This document shows positions 39,850 to 49,879 of a stretch of 64,000 bases of DNA, in pieces (position 1 is the stretch's first letter; each line of letters begins with the position of its first letter). The position numbers were made by a program, and so were the translations under genes. Under the pieces are notes generated by a model, which saw only the letters and a program-made list of their open reading frames with translations, was not told where the DNA came from and searched no databases. Source of the stretch: an uncultured Solirubrobacteraceae bacterium (lineage in GTDB: Bacteria; Actinomycetota; Thermoleophilia; Solirubrobacterales; Solirubrobacteraceae); the NCBI GenBank assembly GCA_964588985.1, contig CAZPQW010000006.1:32001-96000 (forward strand), given 5' to 3'.

Positions 39850-40041
39850 ATGGCGAAGATCTGTCACAGCTGTGGGAAGGGCCCCGCGTTCGGCAATAGC
39901 CGCAGCCACTCGATGGTCGCGACCAAGCGGCGCTTCGACCCGAACCTGCAGAAGGTCCGGATCCTGGTGGGCAAGACGCCCAAGCGCGAGTACGTCTGCA
40001 CCAGGTGCCTCAAAGCCGGCAAGGTAACGAAGGCCCTGTAG
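39850..40041 (+). CDS. rpmB: 50S ribosomal protein L28 (Zn-binding form)
   Basis: CHSCGK...[16 protein letters not shown]...CTRC. Confidence 0.95.
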   Translation: MAKICHSCGKGPAFGNSRSHSMVATKRRFDPNLQKVRILVGKTPKREYVCTRCLKAGKVTKAL

Positions 40042-40114
40042 CTTTCGGCGCGGTCAAGCGCCTGGACGTCCAGTATCTGGTGGACGATCGCTCGAAGCTG
40101 ATAGACCTGTCGCC

Positions 40115-41893
40115 GTGACGGATACCAATCTGGTCCGCTTCCGTGCCGCCGTGGCCGGAGCGCTCGCTCACCTGGAATCGCGCCGCCAGGAGGTCAACGA
40201 CCTCAACGTGTTCCCGGTCGCCGACGGCGACACGGGAGACAACATGGCGCTGACGCTCCGTGCGGTGCTGGAGGAGCTCGACCGCCTGCAGGGCGCGGAC
40301 GAGAACCGCACGATCGACGAGATCGGACGCGAGGAGATCGTGCAGTCGGTCGCGCGCGCGGCGCTGCTGGGGGCGCGCGGCAACTCGGGCGTGATCCTCT
40401 CCCAGCTGATCCGCGGCGCAGCGGAGGAGCTGATCAGCCGGCCTGGGCAGCTGATCGACGCGCCGCTGATCGGCGCGGCGCTCGCGAACGCCGCCGACCG
40501 CGCGTACTCCTCGGTGCGCGAGCCCGCCGAGGGCACGATCCTGACGGTGGCGCGCGAGATGGCGCACAAGATCGTCACCGATGTGGCGCACAGCCCGGAG
40601 AACCCGCGGCTGAGCCCGACCACCGAGCCGCGCGCGCAGGACACCGCGATCGCGGGCGCGCTCGAGCGCGCGGTGCAGGCCGGGCAGGACTCCGTCAAGC
40701 GCGGTCCCGAGCTGCTCGCGGCGCTGCGCGACGCGGGCGTGGTCGACGCGGGCGGCTACGGCCTGACGATCATCTTCGCGGGCGTGGTGGCGGCGCTGCG
40801 CGGCGAGGACCCGCCGCCGCTGGACCACTACGAGCCGGCGCGCATCACGCATCCTCAGCACAGCTCCGGCACGTACCGCTTCTGCACCAACTTCGCCGTC
40901 ACAGGCAGCGGGCTGAGCCCGAGCCGCTTCATCGAGCCGTTGGAGAAGCTCGGCGACTCGGTGCTGGTGGTGGGGGACGCGAGCACCCTGAAGGTACACC
41001 TGCACACCGACGATCCGGAGCTCGCTACGGCGGTGTTCGCCGACGCTGGGGAGGTCTCGCGTCTGGACGTCGCCGACATGCGCGCGCAGGTCGCCGAGCG
41101 CGACGGGCGGCTCGCCGGCGCCCTCGCTGGCGCCGAGTCGGCAAACGGGACTCCCGCACCACCGCAGACCCTGTTCGCGGTCGGCGCTGTGGGCGGGGAG
41201 GGCGAGGGGCTCGTGCTGGCGCCCCCGCCGCTCCTCGGCGGCGAGCTGCGCTGCGGCGCGGTGGCGGTCGTGAGCGGCGACGGGCTGCGCGAGATGTTCC
41301 ACGAGCTCGGCGTGCACACACTCGACGGCGGGCCGACGCTGAACCCCTCCACGTACGACCTGCTCGCGGCGATCCACGAGGTGCCCGCTGAGGAGGTGGT
41401 GCTGCTGACGAACAGCGCGAACGTGATCATGTCCGCGGAGCACGCCGCAAGGCTTTCGGACAAGCAGGTGCTGGTGGTGGCGACGGCCAGTCAGCAGGCG
41501 GGGCTGGCGGCGGCGGTGGCGCTGATGCGCGAGCGCTCGCTCGAGGAGAACGCCCAGGCGCTGAACGACGCGCTCGAGCACGTGCGGACCGGCGCGGTGG
41601 CGCCCGCCGCGCGCGACGACGCGCAGGGACGCTTCAAGGTCGGCGACGCGGTCGGCTTCGTCGAGGAAGAGGTGACCGCGTGGGGCGACCCGCTCGAGAC
41701 GCTGCGCTCGGTGCTCGGCGCGCTCGCGCAGGGCAGCGACAGCGACGGTCCCCCGGAGCTGATCAGCGTGCTCTCGGGCGAGGAGGCTCCGGTCGGTCTG
41801 GGCGAGCTCGAGGGGATGGTCAACGGTGGGATCGAGCTGGAGCTGCGCCACGGCGGCCAGCCCGCCTACTGGTGGCTGCTCGCGGCCGAGTAG
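40115..41893 (+). CDS. DAK2 domain protein (fatty acid kinase FakA/YloV-like)
   Basis: LNVFPVADGDTGDNM, GARGNSGVILSQ, VVDAGG, GGQPAY. Confidence 0.9.
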   Translation: MTDTNLVRFRAAVAGALAHLESRRQEVNDLNVFPVADGDTGDNMALTLRAVLEELDRLQGADENRTIDEIGREEIVQSVARAALLGARGNSGVILSQLIRGAAEELISRPGQLIDAPLIGAALANAADRAYSSVREPAEGTILTVAREMAHKIVTDVAHSPENPRLSPTTEPRAQDTAIAGALERAVQAGQDSVKRGPELLAALRDAGVVDAGGYGLTIIFAGVVAALRGEDPPPLDHYEPARITHPQHSSGTYRFCTNFAVTGSGLSPSRFIEPLEKLGDSVLVVGDASTLKVHLHTDDPELATAVFADAGEVSRLDVADMRAQVAERDGRLAGALAGAESANGTPAPPQTLFAVGAVGGEGEGLVLAPPPLLGGELRCGAVAVVSGDGLREMFHELGVHTLDGGPTLNPSTYDLLAAIHEVPAEEVVLLTNSANVIMSAEHAARLSDKQVLVVATASQQAGLAAAVALMRERSLEENAQALNDALEHVRTGAVAPAARDDAQGRFKVGDAVGFVEEEVTAWGDPLETLRSVLGALAQGSDSDGPPELISVLSGEEAPVGLGELEGMVNGGIELELRHGGQPAYWWLLAAE

Positions 41894-41956
41894 CGCGAGC
41901 CCCGCGCCGGCCGCCCAGCCGGTTACGACCGCCAGCACGATCATGATGAGGACCGG

Positions 41957-44209
41957 ATGGGGGCGACGACACCGCTGAGACAGCCGGCGCAACCGGGCGG
42001 TGAAACCGAGCGCGTGCGACCGCCCGCGCGAGCGTTCGCATCGACGGATGGGCTGACACGCCAGGAACTGATCGACGCGCCGGTCGGTTGGCCTCGGCCC
42101 TCGCGTCTGCTGACGGCGCTCGAGCCTCCGGCGAAGAAGATGGCGGCGGGGATGCGCGCGCTGGGGCTGCTGACGGTCGGCGACCTGCTCGAGCACCTGC
42201 CGAGCGACAGCCGCGAGGCGCGGACGGTCGGCGCGCTGCGCGCCGGCGAGCAGGCGACTGTGGCTGTGCAGGTGCGGACGATCTCCGCGCGCAGCGTGCG
42301 CAGCCGGCGGATGCGCCCGCTGGTCGAGGCGACGGTGTTCGACGCGACCGCGACGATGCGCGCGACGTTCTTCAACCAGCCGTGGCTGGTCGAGCGCTAC
42401 CCGCCTGGGACGCGGCTGATGCTGCACGGCAAGGCGGATGGGCGCGGCGGCTTTGGCGTCTCACACCACGCGCTCGCCGGGGAGGCCGACGGCGCTGGGG
42501 AGCCTGGCGACGAGCGGATCGAGGGCGACGCGGTCGCGCACTACCCGGCGGCCGAGGGCGTCACCTCGACGCAGATCCTCACGCTCGTGCGTGGCGCGAG
42601 GAGGGCACTCGCAGACGTGGTCGAGGCGCTGCCCGCCGCGGCGCGCGTAGCCGACGGGCTGCCGGATCGCCCGACGGCGCTCGCGGCGATGCACTTCGCG
42701 CGCGCGCCGCAGGAGGCCGAGGCGGGCAGACAGCGCCTCGCCTACGAGGAGCTGCTGCTCACCCAGCTGCTGTTCCTGCGCCGACGCGCGATCCGCGCCG
42801 CGCGCACCGGCGCGCACGTGCTCGATCAGCAGGCGACGCTCAGCGAGCGCTGGCTGCGCGAGTGCCTGCCGTTCGCGCTCACCGGCGATCAGCGCGCGGC
42901 GATCGACGCGATCTCGGAGGACCTGACGCGGGAGGCGGCGATGCAGCGGCTGCTGATGGGGGAGGTCGGCAGCGGCAAGACGGTGGTGGCGCTTCACGCG
43001 ATGCTGCGCGCGGTCGAGCACGGCCGCCAGGCGGCGCTGATGGCGCCGACGGAGACGCTCGCGGAGCAGCACTTCGCGACGATCCAGCGGCTGCTGGGGG
43101 CGGAGTCGGTGACGGCGGCGCTGCTGAGCGGCTCGACGCCGGCGCGCCGGCGCGCGGACACCCTGGCGAAGCTCTCCAGCGGCGAGCTGTCGCTGATCGT
43201 TGGCACGCACGCGCTGATCGAGCCCGACGTGGAGTTCCGCGAGCTGGCGGTCGTGGTGATCGACGAGCAGCACCGCTTCGGCGTGCGCCAGCGCGCGGCC
43301 CTCGAAGAGCGCGAACCGGCGCACCCGCCGCACACGCTGCACATGACCGCGACGCCGATCCCGCGCACGCTCGCGCTGGCCCGCTACGGCGACCTCGACA
43401 CGACCGCGCTGCACGAGCTGCCGCAGGGCCGCCAGCCGGTCGATACGCGCCTCGTGAGCGGCGAGTCCGAGCGCGCGAGCGCATATGAGCACCTTCGTGC
43501 GCAGCTGAAGGCGGGCCGGCAGGCGTTCGTGGTGTGCCCGCTGATCGAGGAGCCCGAGCCGCTCGCGGCTGGTGACGGCACACCCGCCGGTGGCGGCGAC
43601 GCGTCCCGGGTCGGGCTTCGCGCGGCGACCGCCGAGCTGGCGCGGCTGCGCGACGGTGAGCTGAAGGGCTTCGAGCTGGCGCTGCTGCACGGCGGGATGC
43701 GCCCGCGCGAGAAGCAGGAGGCGATGGCGGCGTTCGCGTCGGGCAGCGCGGACGTGCTCGTGGCGACGACGGTGATCGAGGTGGGGATCGACGTGCCGAA
43801 CGCGACGGTGATGCTGATCGAGAACGCGGAGCGCTTCGGGATCTCACAGCTGCACCAGCTGCGCGGGCGCGTCGGGCGCGGCGAGCACCGCTCGAGCTGC
43901 TTCCTCGTGGGGCCGCCGACGCCGCGGCTGCGGGCGCTGGCGGAGCACACGGACGGCTTTCGCCTGGCGGAGATCGATCTCGAGCTGCGCAGCGAGGGCG
44001 AGCTGACGGGCACCCGCCAATCCGGGTTTGGGCACTTCCGCGTGGCGTGCATGCCCGACGACACGCCGCTGCTCGAGCTCGCGCGCGAGCGGGCGCAGGC
44101 GATCTTTGCCGCCGACCCGGAGCTGCGCTCGCCGGAGCACGCGCTGCTCGCGACGGCGCTCGAGCAGATGCTCGGTGGTGAGGAGTCGCTGCAGCCGATC
44201 CCGGCTTGA
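41957..44209 (+). CDS. recG: ATP-dependent DNA helicase RecG
   Basis: FFNQPW, GEVGSGKT, DEQHRFG, TATPIPRT, QLRGRVGRG, GTRQSG. Confidence 0.95.
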   Translation: MGATTPLRQPAQPGGETERVRPPARAFASTDGLTRQELIDAPVGWPRPSRLLTALEPPAKKMAAGMRALGLLTVGDLLEHLPSDSREARTVGALRAGEQATVAVQVRTISARSVRSRRMRPLVEATVFDATATMRATFFNQPWLVERYPPGTRLMLHGKADGRGGFGVSHHALAGEADGAGEPGDERIEGDAVAHYPAAEGVTSTQILTLVRGARRALADVVEALPAAARVADGLPDRPTALAAMHFARAPQEAEAGRQRLAYEELLLTQLLFLRRRAIRAARTGAHVLDQQATLSERWLRECLPFALTGDQRAAIDAISEDLTREAAMQRLLMGEVGSGKTVVALHAMLRAVEHGRQAALMAPTETLAEQHFATIQRLLGAESVTAALLSGSTPARRRADTLAKLSSGELSLIVGTHALIEPDVEFRELAVVVIDEQHRFGVRQRAALEEREPAHPPHTLHMTATPIPRTLALARYGDLDTTALHELPQGRQPVDTRLVSGESERASAYEHLRAQLKAGRQAFVVCPLIEEPEPLAAGDGTPAGGGDASRVGLRAATAELARLRDGELKGFELALLHGGMRPREKQEAMAAFASGSADVLVATTVIEVGIDVPNATVMLIENAERFGISQLHQLRGRVGRGEHRSSCFLVGPPTPRLRALAEHTDGFRLAEIDLELRSEGELTGTRQSGFGHFRVACMPDDTPLLELARERAQAIFAADPELRSPEHALLATALEQMLGGEESLQPIPA

Positions 44210-44347
44210 AATTGCGCCGGGGTTCCTGCTTACGACCGCTCGTTGTGGCGGTGGGGCGCCGTCGAGCCGAGCTACGGGTAGGATCTCGGAGTGGCCCATG
44301 AAGTTGGTCCCACCCTCGCTCAGAACCTCCGAGCGTCCTGGTACAGT

Positions 44348-44361
44348 CGAACGTATGTTCG
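44348..44361 (+). promoter_or_regulatory. LexA (SOS/Cheo) box overlapping a leaderless start, directly after an extended -10
   Basis: CGAAC-GTAT-GTTCG perfect match; TGgTACAGT at 44339-44347. Confidence 0.75.
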
Positions 44362-45284
44362 TAATGACTAGTCAGGATCGAGAGCACGCGGCCGTCCTCG
44401 CCCTCACGGAGGCATCCTCCGTCGCTTGGTATCAGGTCGCAGACATCATCGAGCAGGCCGGGAGCGCGCTAGCCGTCGCCAGTGGCGAATATGCGCTCAC
44501 CACCGAGGAGCCCCAGGCGATAGTCGCTCGCCAGCTAGCTGAGCGCGTCACCGAGAAGGCCATCGATCACTGGCTGGAGATGATCGAGAAAACAATCGAC
44601 TCATGCCCCGGGACACGGCTGATCAGCGTCCTTGACGATGAGTACCCGCACAACCTGCGCCGCGTCTATAACCGCCCGCCGTTCCTGTTCGTCAGAGGAA
44701 CCCTGTGTGAGCAGGACTCTCGATCCGTCGCGATCGTCGGAACTCGCAACGCCTCAGACGCGGGCCGGACCCTCGCGCGCAACATGGCCGCTGCGCTCGC
44801 TGAGCGTGGCGTGACCGTCATCTCCGGTATGGCCGCTGGAATCGATACCGAGGCTCACACAGCGGCGCTTTCCTCCGGTGGGCGTACGATCGCTGTGATG
44901 GGCACCGGGATAGATCGTGTTTATCCCGCCGGGAACGCGCACTTGTCCGAGCAGATCACCGAGAATGGCGCGCTCCTCTCACAGTTCTGGCCGGGCTCGC
45001 CGCCACGCGGCAGCAATTTCCCGCTGCGGAATGTCGTCACCAGCGGAGTCGCGGTCGGGACGATCGTGATTGAGGCAAGCTCCACCAGCGGGGCCAAGAT
45101 GCAGGCTCGCCTGGCATTGGAGCACGGCAAGCAACTGTTCCTCGTCGAGAGCCTGGTCCTGCAAGAGGAGTGGGCGCAGCAGTACAGGAGCCGCCGTGGA
45201 GCGCATGTCGTAGGAGGCGTCGAGGACATCGTGGCGGCGCTTGAAGCTGAGCACGAGCCGGTCACAGAGCTACAGCTCTTCTAG
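44355..45284 (+). CDS. DprA/Smf-like protein without the C-terminal winged-helix domain
   Basis: YPHNL...PPFLFVRG, VAIVGTR, VISGMAAGIDT, FPLRN, EASSTSGA. Start is ATG 44355 or 44364. Confidence 0.85.
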   Translation: MFVMTSQDREHAAVLALTEASSVAWYQVADIIEQAGSALAVASGEYALTTEEPQAIVARQLAERVTEKAIDHWLEMIEKTIDSCPGTRLISVLDDEYPHNLRRVYNRPPFLFVRGTLCEQDSRSVAIVGTRNASDAGRTLARNMAAALAERGVTVISGMAAGIDTEAHTAALSSGGRTIAVMGTGIDRVYPAGNAHLSEQITENGALLSQFWPGSPPRGSNFPLRNVVTSGVAVGTIVIEASSTSGAKMQARLALEHGKQLFLVESLVLQEEWAQQYRSRRGAHVVGGVEDIVAALEAEHEPVTELQLF

Positions 45285-45295
45285 GACTCCGGCCT

Positions 45296-46033
45296 GTGGC
45301 GAGCGTTCGTGACTATGCGCGACCACTCGCCTCTATCTGCCGGACAGTTCCGATTGCGGCGGAGGGTGTCTGCGATCGTTGCCACGGCTGCCCGAACCCT
45401 GGATGGTCGACATGCTGGAGCTGCTCGCAGGTCGAGGGACAGCTCTCCGCACCTTGCCCGCTCATCGTGCCGATCAGCTTGTACGAGGTAGGGCATCAGC
45501 TCCATCACCAGCTTCGCAACTACAAGGCCGCGTCATCAGACATGTCATGGAACTTCCTCGTCAAGACCGCAGCTATTCTCGGCTACTTCTTGCAGCTGCA
45601 TTCCGTGTGTATCGCTGCTGCAGCGGGCGGTCCGTGGGATCTGATCACCTCGGTCCCGTCCTCGGCCGGCCGTGAAGGTGAGCACCCCCTGATGCGGGCC
45701 ATAAAGCTGCTTCCCGACATCCGCGATGAATATGAGCTGCTGCTGAAGCGCGGCGAGGGCGAGATCACGCATACCGTCGCAAGCGATAAGGGCTTCAAGG
45801 CGCTCAGGCGTCTGGACGGCGAGCGGATCCTGCTGATCGACGACACGCTCACATCCGGCGCGCGAGCGCAGAGCGCGGCGTCCGCTCTCAGCAACGCGGG
45901 CGCGACGGTTGCTGCGATCCTGCCGATCGGTCGGGTGATCACGCCCAGCTTTGGCCCGCACGTCGAGGCGTACTGGAAGAAGCAGGGCGTGAGCGTCTTC
46001 GACTTCAACTTCTGCTGCATCGGCGATCACTGA
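45296..46033 (+). CDS. Phosphoribosyltransferase-fold protein with N-terminal Cys cluster (ComF/ShosT-like)
   Basis: CDRC...CWSC, LRNYK, VPSS, PRPP-binding loop LLIDDTLTSGA. Confidence 0.75.
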   Translation: MASVRDYARPLASICRTVPIAAEGVCDRCHGCPNPGWSTCWSCSQVEGQLSAPCPLIVPISLYEVGHQLHHQLRNYKAASSDMSWNFLVKTAAILGYFLQLHSVCIAAAAGGPWDLITSVPSSAGREGEHPLMRAIKLLPDIRDEYELLLKRGEGEITHTVASDKGFKALRRLDGERILLIDDTLTSGARAQSAASALSNAGATVAAILPIGRVITPSFGPHVEAYWKKQGVSVFDFNFCCIGDH

Positions 46034-46044
46034 GGGTTGTTTGC

Positions 46045-46587
46045 GTGCGTGTGATCGCGGGAACCCTCGGGGGGAGGCGCTTGAAGGCTCCTCAGGGTCG
46101 GTTCACGCGACCGACCTCAGACCGCGTGAAGGAGGCGCTGTTCTCGATGCTCGGCCCGCTGGAGGGAGCGACGGTGCTCGACCTGTTCGCGGGCACCGGG
46201 GCGCTCGGGATCGAGGCGCTCTCCCGAGGCGCGGAGCGGGCGGTGTTCGTGGAGCGCGACCCGCGCGCGATGCACGTCCTGCAGGACAACCTCGCCGCGC
46301 TCGACCTGGCGCCGCCGCGGGCGCAGACCCACTGCGCGGACGTGCTCGCGACGCTGCGGAGCGCACGCGGACGCGAAGAGACATACGATCTTCTCCTCAT
46401 CGACCCTCCCTACGCGCAGGCCGAGGAGGCGGGCGCGGAGCTGTCGGCGGCGCTGCCGCCGGTGCTCGGGCCGGGAGCGCGCATAGTCGTGGAGAGCGAC
46501 CGACGCGCGCCGATGGAGCTTGGGCTCGATATCGAGACGCAGAGACGCTACGGCGACACGTTGATCACAATCCACCGGCACACATGA
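46045..46587 (+). CDS. rsmD: 16S rRNA m2G966 methyltransferase RsmD
   Basis: RVIAG, RPTSDRVKEALF, DLFAGTGALG, DPPY. Confidence 0.93.
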   Translation: MRVIAGTLGGRRLKAPQGRFTRPTSDRVKEALFSMLGPLEGATVLDLFAGTGALGIEALSRGAERAVFVERDPRAMHVLQDNLAALDLAPPRAQTHCADVLATLRSARGREETYDLLLIDPPYAQAEEAGAELSAALPPVLGPGARIVVESDRRAPMELGLDIETQRRYGDTLITIHRHT

Positions 46588-47084
46588 CCAGACCAGACAA
46601 GGCCATCGCCGTATGCCCGGGCAGCTACGACCCGATCACGAACGGGCACCTGGACGTGATCCGCCGCGCGGCGAACCTGTACGACGAAGTGGTCGTGGCG
46701 GTGGTGAACCGCTCGGTGCGCAAGAGCAGCGCGCTGTTCGGGATCGAGGATCGCGTGGGGTTCATCGAGCGCGCGCTCGCGGACCTGGACACGGTGCGCG
46801 TGGAGCCGTTCTCGACGCTGGTGGTGGACTTCGCGCGCGCGGTCGGCGCGACCGCGATCGTGAAGGGCCTGCGCGCGATATCGGACTTCGAGTACGAGCT
46901 GGAGATGAACCAGCTCAACCGCCGCGAGGCCCCGGAGATCGAGTCCGTGTACCTGATGGCCTCTCCGCAGTACAGTTTCCTGTCATCGAGCGGAGTGAAG
47001 GAGCTCGCGACGTTCGGCGGGCGAATCGACGATCTTGTCCCCGACGAGGTGGTCGGCCGCTTGCAGGAAGAGTTGACGCGTTGA
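46584..47084 (+). CDS. coaD: Phosphopantetheine adenylyltransferase
   Basis: PGSYDPITNGH, KGLRAISDFEYE, LSSSGVKE. Confidence 0.95.
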   Translation: MTRPDKAIAVCPGSYDPITNGHLDVIRRAANLYDEVVVAVVNRSVRKSSALFGIEDRVGFIERALADLDTVRVEPFSTLVVDFARAVGATAIVKGLRAISDFEYELEMNQLNRREAPEIESVYLMASPQYSFLSSSGVKELATFGGRIDDLVPDEVVGRLQEELTR

Positions 47085-47139
47085 CGAAATTCACGGTGAG
47101 GAAGTGGGGCGGGAAGCCCTGCAGAGGTGAGCGATAACG

Positions 47140-47604
47140 ATGGATGTCCTGGTTCTCATAGACAAGCTCGACGACTTGGTGCACAACGCCAAGACGATTC
47201 CCCTGAGCGACTCCGTGCGGGTCGACAAGGAGGAGATCTACGACATCCTCGACCAGATGCGCGCGACGATCCCCGAGGAGATCAAGCAGGCGCGGTGGAT
47301 CGTGAAGGAGCGTCAGGAGATGCTCGCGGAGGCCAAGAAGGAGGCCGAGCGGATCATCAAGGACGCGCGCGAGCGCCAGGAGCGCCTCGTGGGTGAGGAG
47401 GAGGTCACGAAGCAGGCCGAGCGTGCGGCGGAGGACATCGTCGAGGACGCCCGTGCCCGCGAGCGCGAGATTCGTCTCGGCGCCGAGGACTACGCGGATG
47501 AGATCCTGAACACGCTCGAGGTGAACCTGTCGAAGTTCATCGCGGCGGTGCAGCGTGGCCGCGAGCGGCTGCAGGGCAAGGACGAGCCCGCCGAAGTCAG
47601 CTAG
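47140..47604 (+). CDS. Conserved coiled-coil protein (ATP synthase b/DivIVA-like, typically downstream of coaD)
   Basis: IPEEIKQARWIVKER, AEDYADEIL; typical gene position. Confidence 0.75.
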   Translation: MDVLVLIDKLDDLVHNAKTIPLSDSVRVDKEEIYDILDQMRATIPEEIKQARWIVKERQEMLAEAKKEAERIIKDARERQERLVGEEEVTKQAERAAEDIVEDARAREREIRLGAEDYADEILNTLEVNLSKFIAAVQRGRERLQGKDEPAEVS

Positions 47605-47627
47605 CGCTCACCCGGTTTTCTCCGCTT

Positions 47628-49268
47628 TTGAGTAGGGTCAACCTCGTGGACGCGCAACGTGTCAAGTACAAGCTTTCGGTAGCCAAGACGCTGCTGGATA
47701 CGGGAATGCTCGCGCCGACGCGGCCGGACAAGGCGGTCCGCTCGATCGGCGCGCTGAAGCGCTGGGGGCCGACCCCCGCGGCCGCGTACCTGGGCTCGGC
47801 GATCCGCTACCCGGACCGCGCGGCGATCGTGGACGAGCGCGGAACCCTCACTTTCGCCGAGATGCACAGGCGCACGAACGCGCTGGCACACGAGCTGCGC
47901 AGGGCGGGGATCGGCGAGCAGGACGGGGTGGCGATCATGTGCCGCAACCACCGCGGGTTCATCGACGTGACGATCGCGTGCTCGAAGCTCGGCGCGAGCG
48001 CGCTGTACCTGAACACGGCGTTCGCCGGCCCGCAGATCGCGGACGTGCTCGCACGCGAGGACCCGGTGGCGGTCGTCTACGACGAGGAGTTCGCGGATCT
48101 GATCGACGCGGGGGCCGCTGGTAGGAAACGATTCGTCGCGTGGAGCGAGCCCTCCTCGCGCCCCTCGGACCCCTTGCTGGAGGACCTGATCGCGGCGGGC
48201 GATGAGTCGGATCTGAAGCCGCCGGCGGAGAAAGGCCGGGTGGTGATCCTGACGTCGGGGACGACCGGGACGCCGAAGGGGGCGGCGCGCAAGCAGCCCG
48301 ACTCGCTGGAGCCGGTGGCGGCGCTGTTCTCGAAGATCCCGCTGCGCGCGCGCGAGGTGACGATGGTGGCGGCGCCGATGTTCCACTCGTGGGGGTTCGC
48401 GCACTTCACGCTCGGCCTGCCGCTGTCCTCGACGATCGTGCTGCGGCGCAGGTTCGACCCGGAGGACACGCTGCGCGCGATGGCCCACCACCGCGCGACG
48501 GCGCTGGCGGTTGTGCCGGTGATGCTGCAGCGGATCCTCGACCTTGGCCCGGAGACGATCGCGCGCTATGACCTGCGCGCGCTGAAGATCATCGCGGTGA
48601 GCGGCTCGGCGCTGCCGGGCGAGCTGGCGACGCGCGCGATGGACGCGTTCGGCGAGGTGCTCTACAACCTCTACGGCTCGACGGAGGTGGCGTGGGCGAC
48701 GATCGCGACTCCCGAGGACCTGCGCGCGGCTCCCGGCACCGCCGGCCGGCCTCCGCTGGGGACGGTGGTGAAGCTGCTCGACGCCGAGGGCCGCGAGGTC
48801 GGTCCGGGCGAGGGCGGGCGGATCTTCGTTGCGAACGAGATGATGTTCGAGGGCTACACGGGCGGCGGCGGCAAGGAGATCATCGGCGGCCTGATGAGCA
48901 CCGGCGACGTGGGGCACCTCGACGCGGGCGGGCGCCTGTTCGTGGACGGCCGCGACGACGAAATGATCGTCTCTGGAGGCGAGAACGTGTTCCCGCGCGA
49001 GGTGGAGGACCTGCTCGCCGACCACGGCGAGATCGAGGAGGCGGCGGTGGTGGGTGTGGTCGACCAGGAGTTCGGCCAGCGCCTGCGTGCGTTCGTGGTG
49101 GCGCGCAACGGGACGGTGCTGACCGAGGAAGAGGTGAAGTCTTACGTGAAGCAGAACCTCGCGCGCTTCAAGGTCCCGCGCGAGGTGGTGTTCCTGGAGG
49201 AGCTGCCGCGCAACGCGACAGGCAAGGTCCTCAAGCGGGAGCTGCAGGGCGAACCCGCCGAGCAGTAG
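47628..49268 (+). CDS. Acyl-CoA synthetase (AMP-binding)
   Basis: LTSGTTGTPKG, YGSTE, TGDVG, GRDDEMIVSGGENV, LPRNATGK; exact start uncertain. Confidence 0.9.
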   Translation: MSRVNLVDAQRVKYKLSVAKTLLDTGMLAPTRPDKAVRSIGALKRWGPTPAAAYLGSAIRYPDRAAIVDERGTLTFAEMHRRTNALAHELRRAGIGEQDGVAIMCRNHRGFIDVTIACSKLGASALYLNTAFAGPQIADVLAREDPVAVVYDEEFADLIDAGAAGRKRFVAWSEPSSRPSDPLLEDLIAAGDESDLKPPAEKGRVVILTSGTTGTPKGAARKQPDSLEPVAALFSKIPLRAREVTMVAAPMFHSWGFAHFTLGLPLSSTIVLRRRFDPEDTLRAMAHHRATALAVVPVMLQRILDLGPETIARYDLRALKIIAVSGSALPGELATRAMDAFGEVLYNLYGSTEVAWATIATPEDLRAAPGTAGRPPLGTVVKLLDAEGREVGPGEGGRIFVANEMMFEGYTGGGGKEIIGGLMSTGDVGHLDAGGRLFVDGRDDEMIVSGGENVFPREVEDLLADHGEIEEAAVVGVVDQEFGQRLRAFVVARNGTVLTEEEVKSYVKQNLARFKVPREVVFLEELPRNATGKVLKRELQGEPAEQ

Positions 49269-49306
49269 CGAGAGCCCGCTCCGGGCTCGCTAGCCTGGGC
49301 AGCGCG

Positions 49307-49822
49307 ATGGCACCCAGGGCTCACGACTTCGACCTAGCCGGCCTGCGTCTCACCGCGGGTGAGGGCCGCAAGCTCACGCTGGAGGTGCCGATCGAGCCGT
49401 TGACGCTCGGCAGCGAGTCCTACGAGGCCGAGCCGTCAGTTGTCCCGGTCGAGCTGAACGTCTCGCGGATGGTGGGCGGCGGCTACGCGCTGCATATCCG
49501 CTTCGCGGCGAACGTGCACGGCCCGTGCATGCGCTGCCTGAAGGACGCTCGCCCGCGCATGGAGGTGGACGCGCGCGAGGTCGACCGGCCTGGATCCGGC
49601 GAGGAGCTCGACAGCCCGTACGTGAACGAGGAGGTTCTCGACCTCGCGGGCTGGGTGCGCGACGCGTTCGCGCTGGCGATGCCGGCGAAGATCCTGTGCC
49701 GCGAGGACTGCGCGGGACTGTGCCCGGTGTGCGCTGTGGACCTCAACGAAGCCGGCCCCGAGCACCATCACCAGTCGGCGCCGGATCCACGCTGGGCGAA
49801 GCTCCGGGAGCTGGAGTTGTAG
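49307..49822 (+). CDS. yceD: DUF177/YceD family protein
   Basis: CMRCL, LCREDCAGLCPVC, DPRWAKL; precedes rpmF. Confidence 0.88.
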   Translation: MAPRAHDFDLAGLRLTAGEGRKLTLEVPIEPLTLGSESYEAEPSVVPVELNVSRMVGGGYALHIRFAANVHGPCMRCLKDARPRMEVDAREVDRPGSGEELDSPYVNEEVLDLAGWVRDAFALAMPAKILCREDCAGLCPVCAVDLNEAGPEHHHQSAPDPRWAKLRELEL

Positions 49823-49879
49823 TTATAGATTCGCTGCCACACCGGTGTGTGGCGCCACACTGCTAGCCTTCCGTCTTCG

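Noticed and set aside
44210-46044. Target-site duplication or att repeats flanking the DprA-PRTase insert
   Set aside because: I found no convincing direct or inverted repeats at the borders by eye, so it is not called a mobile element.
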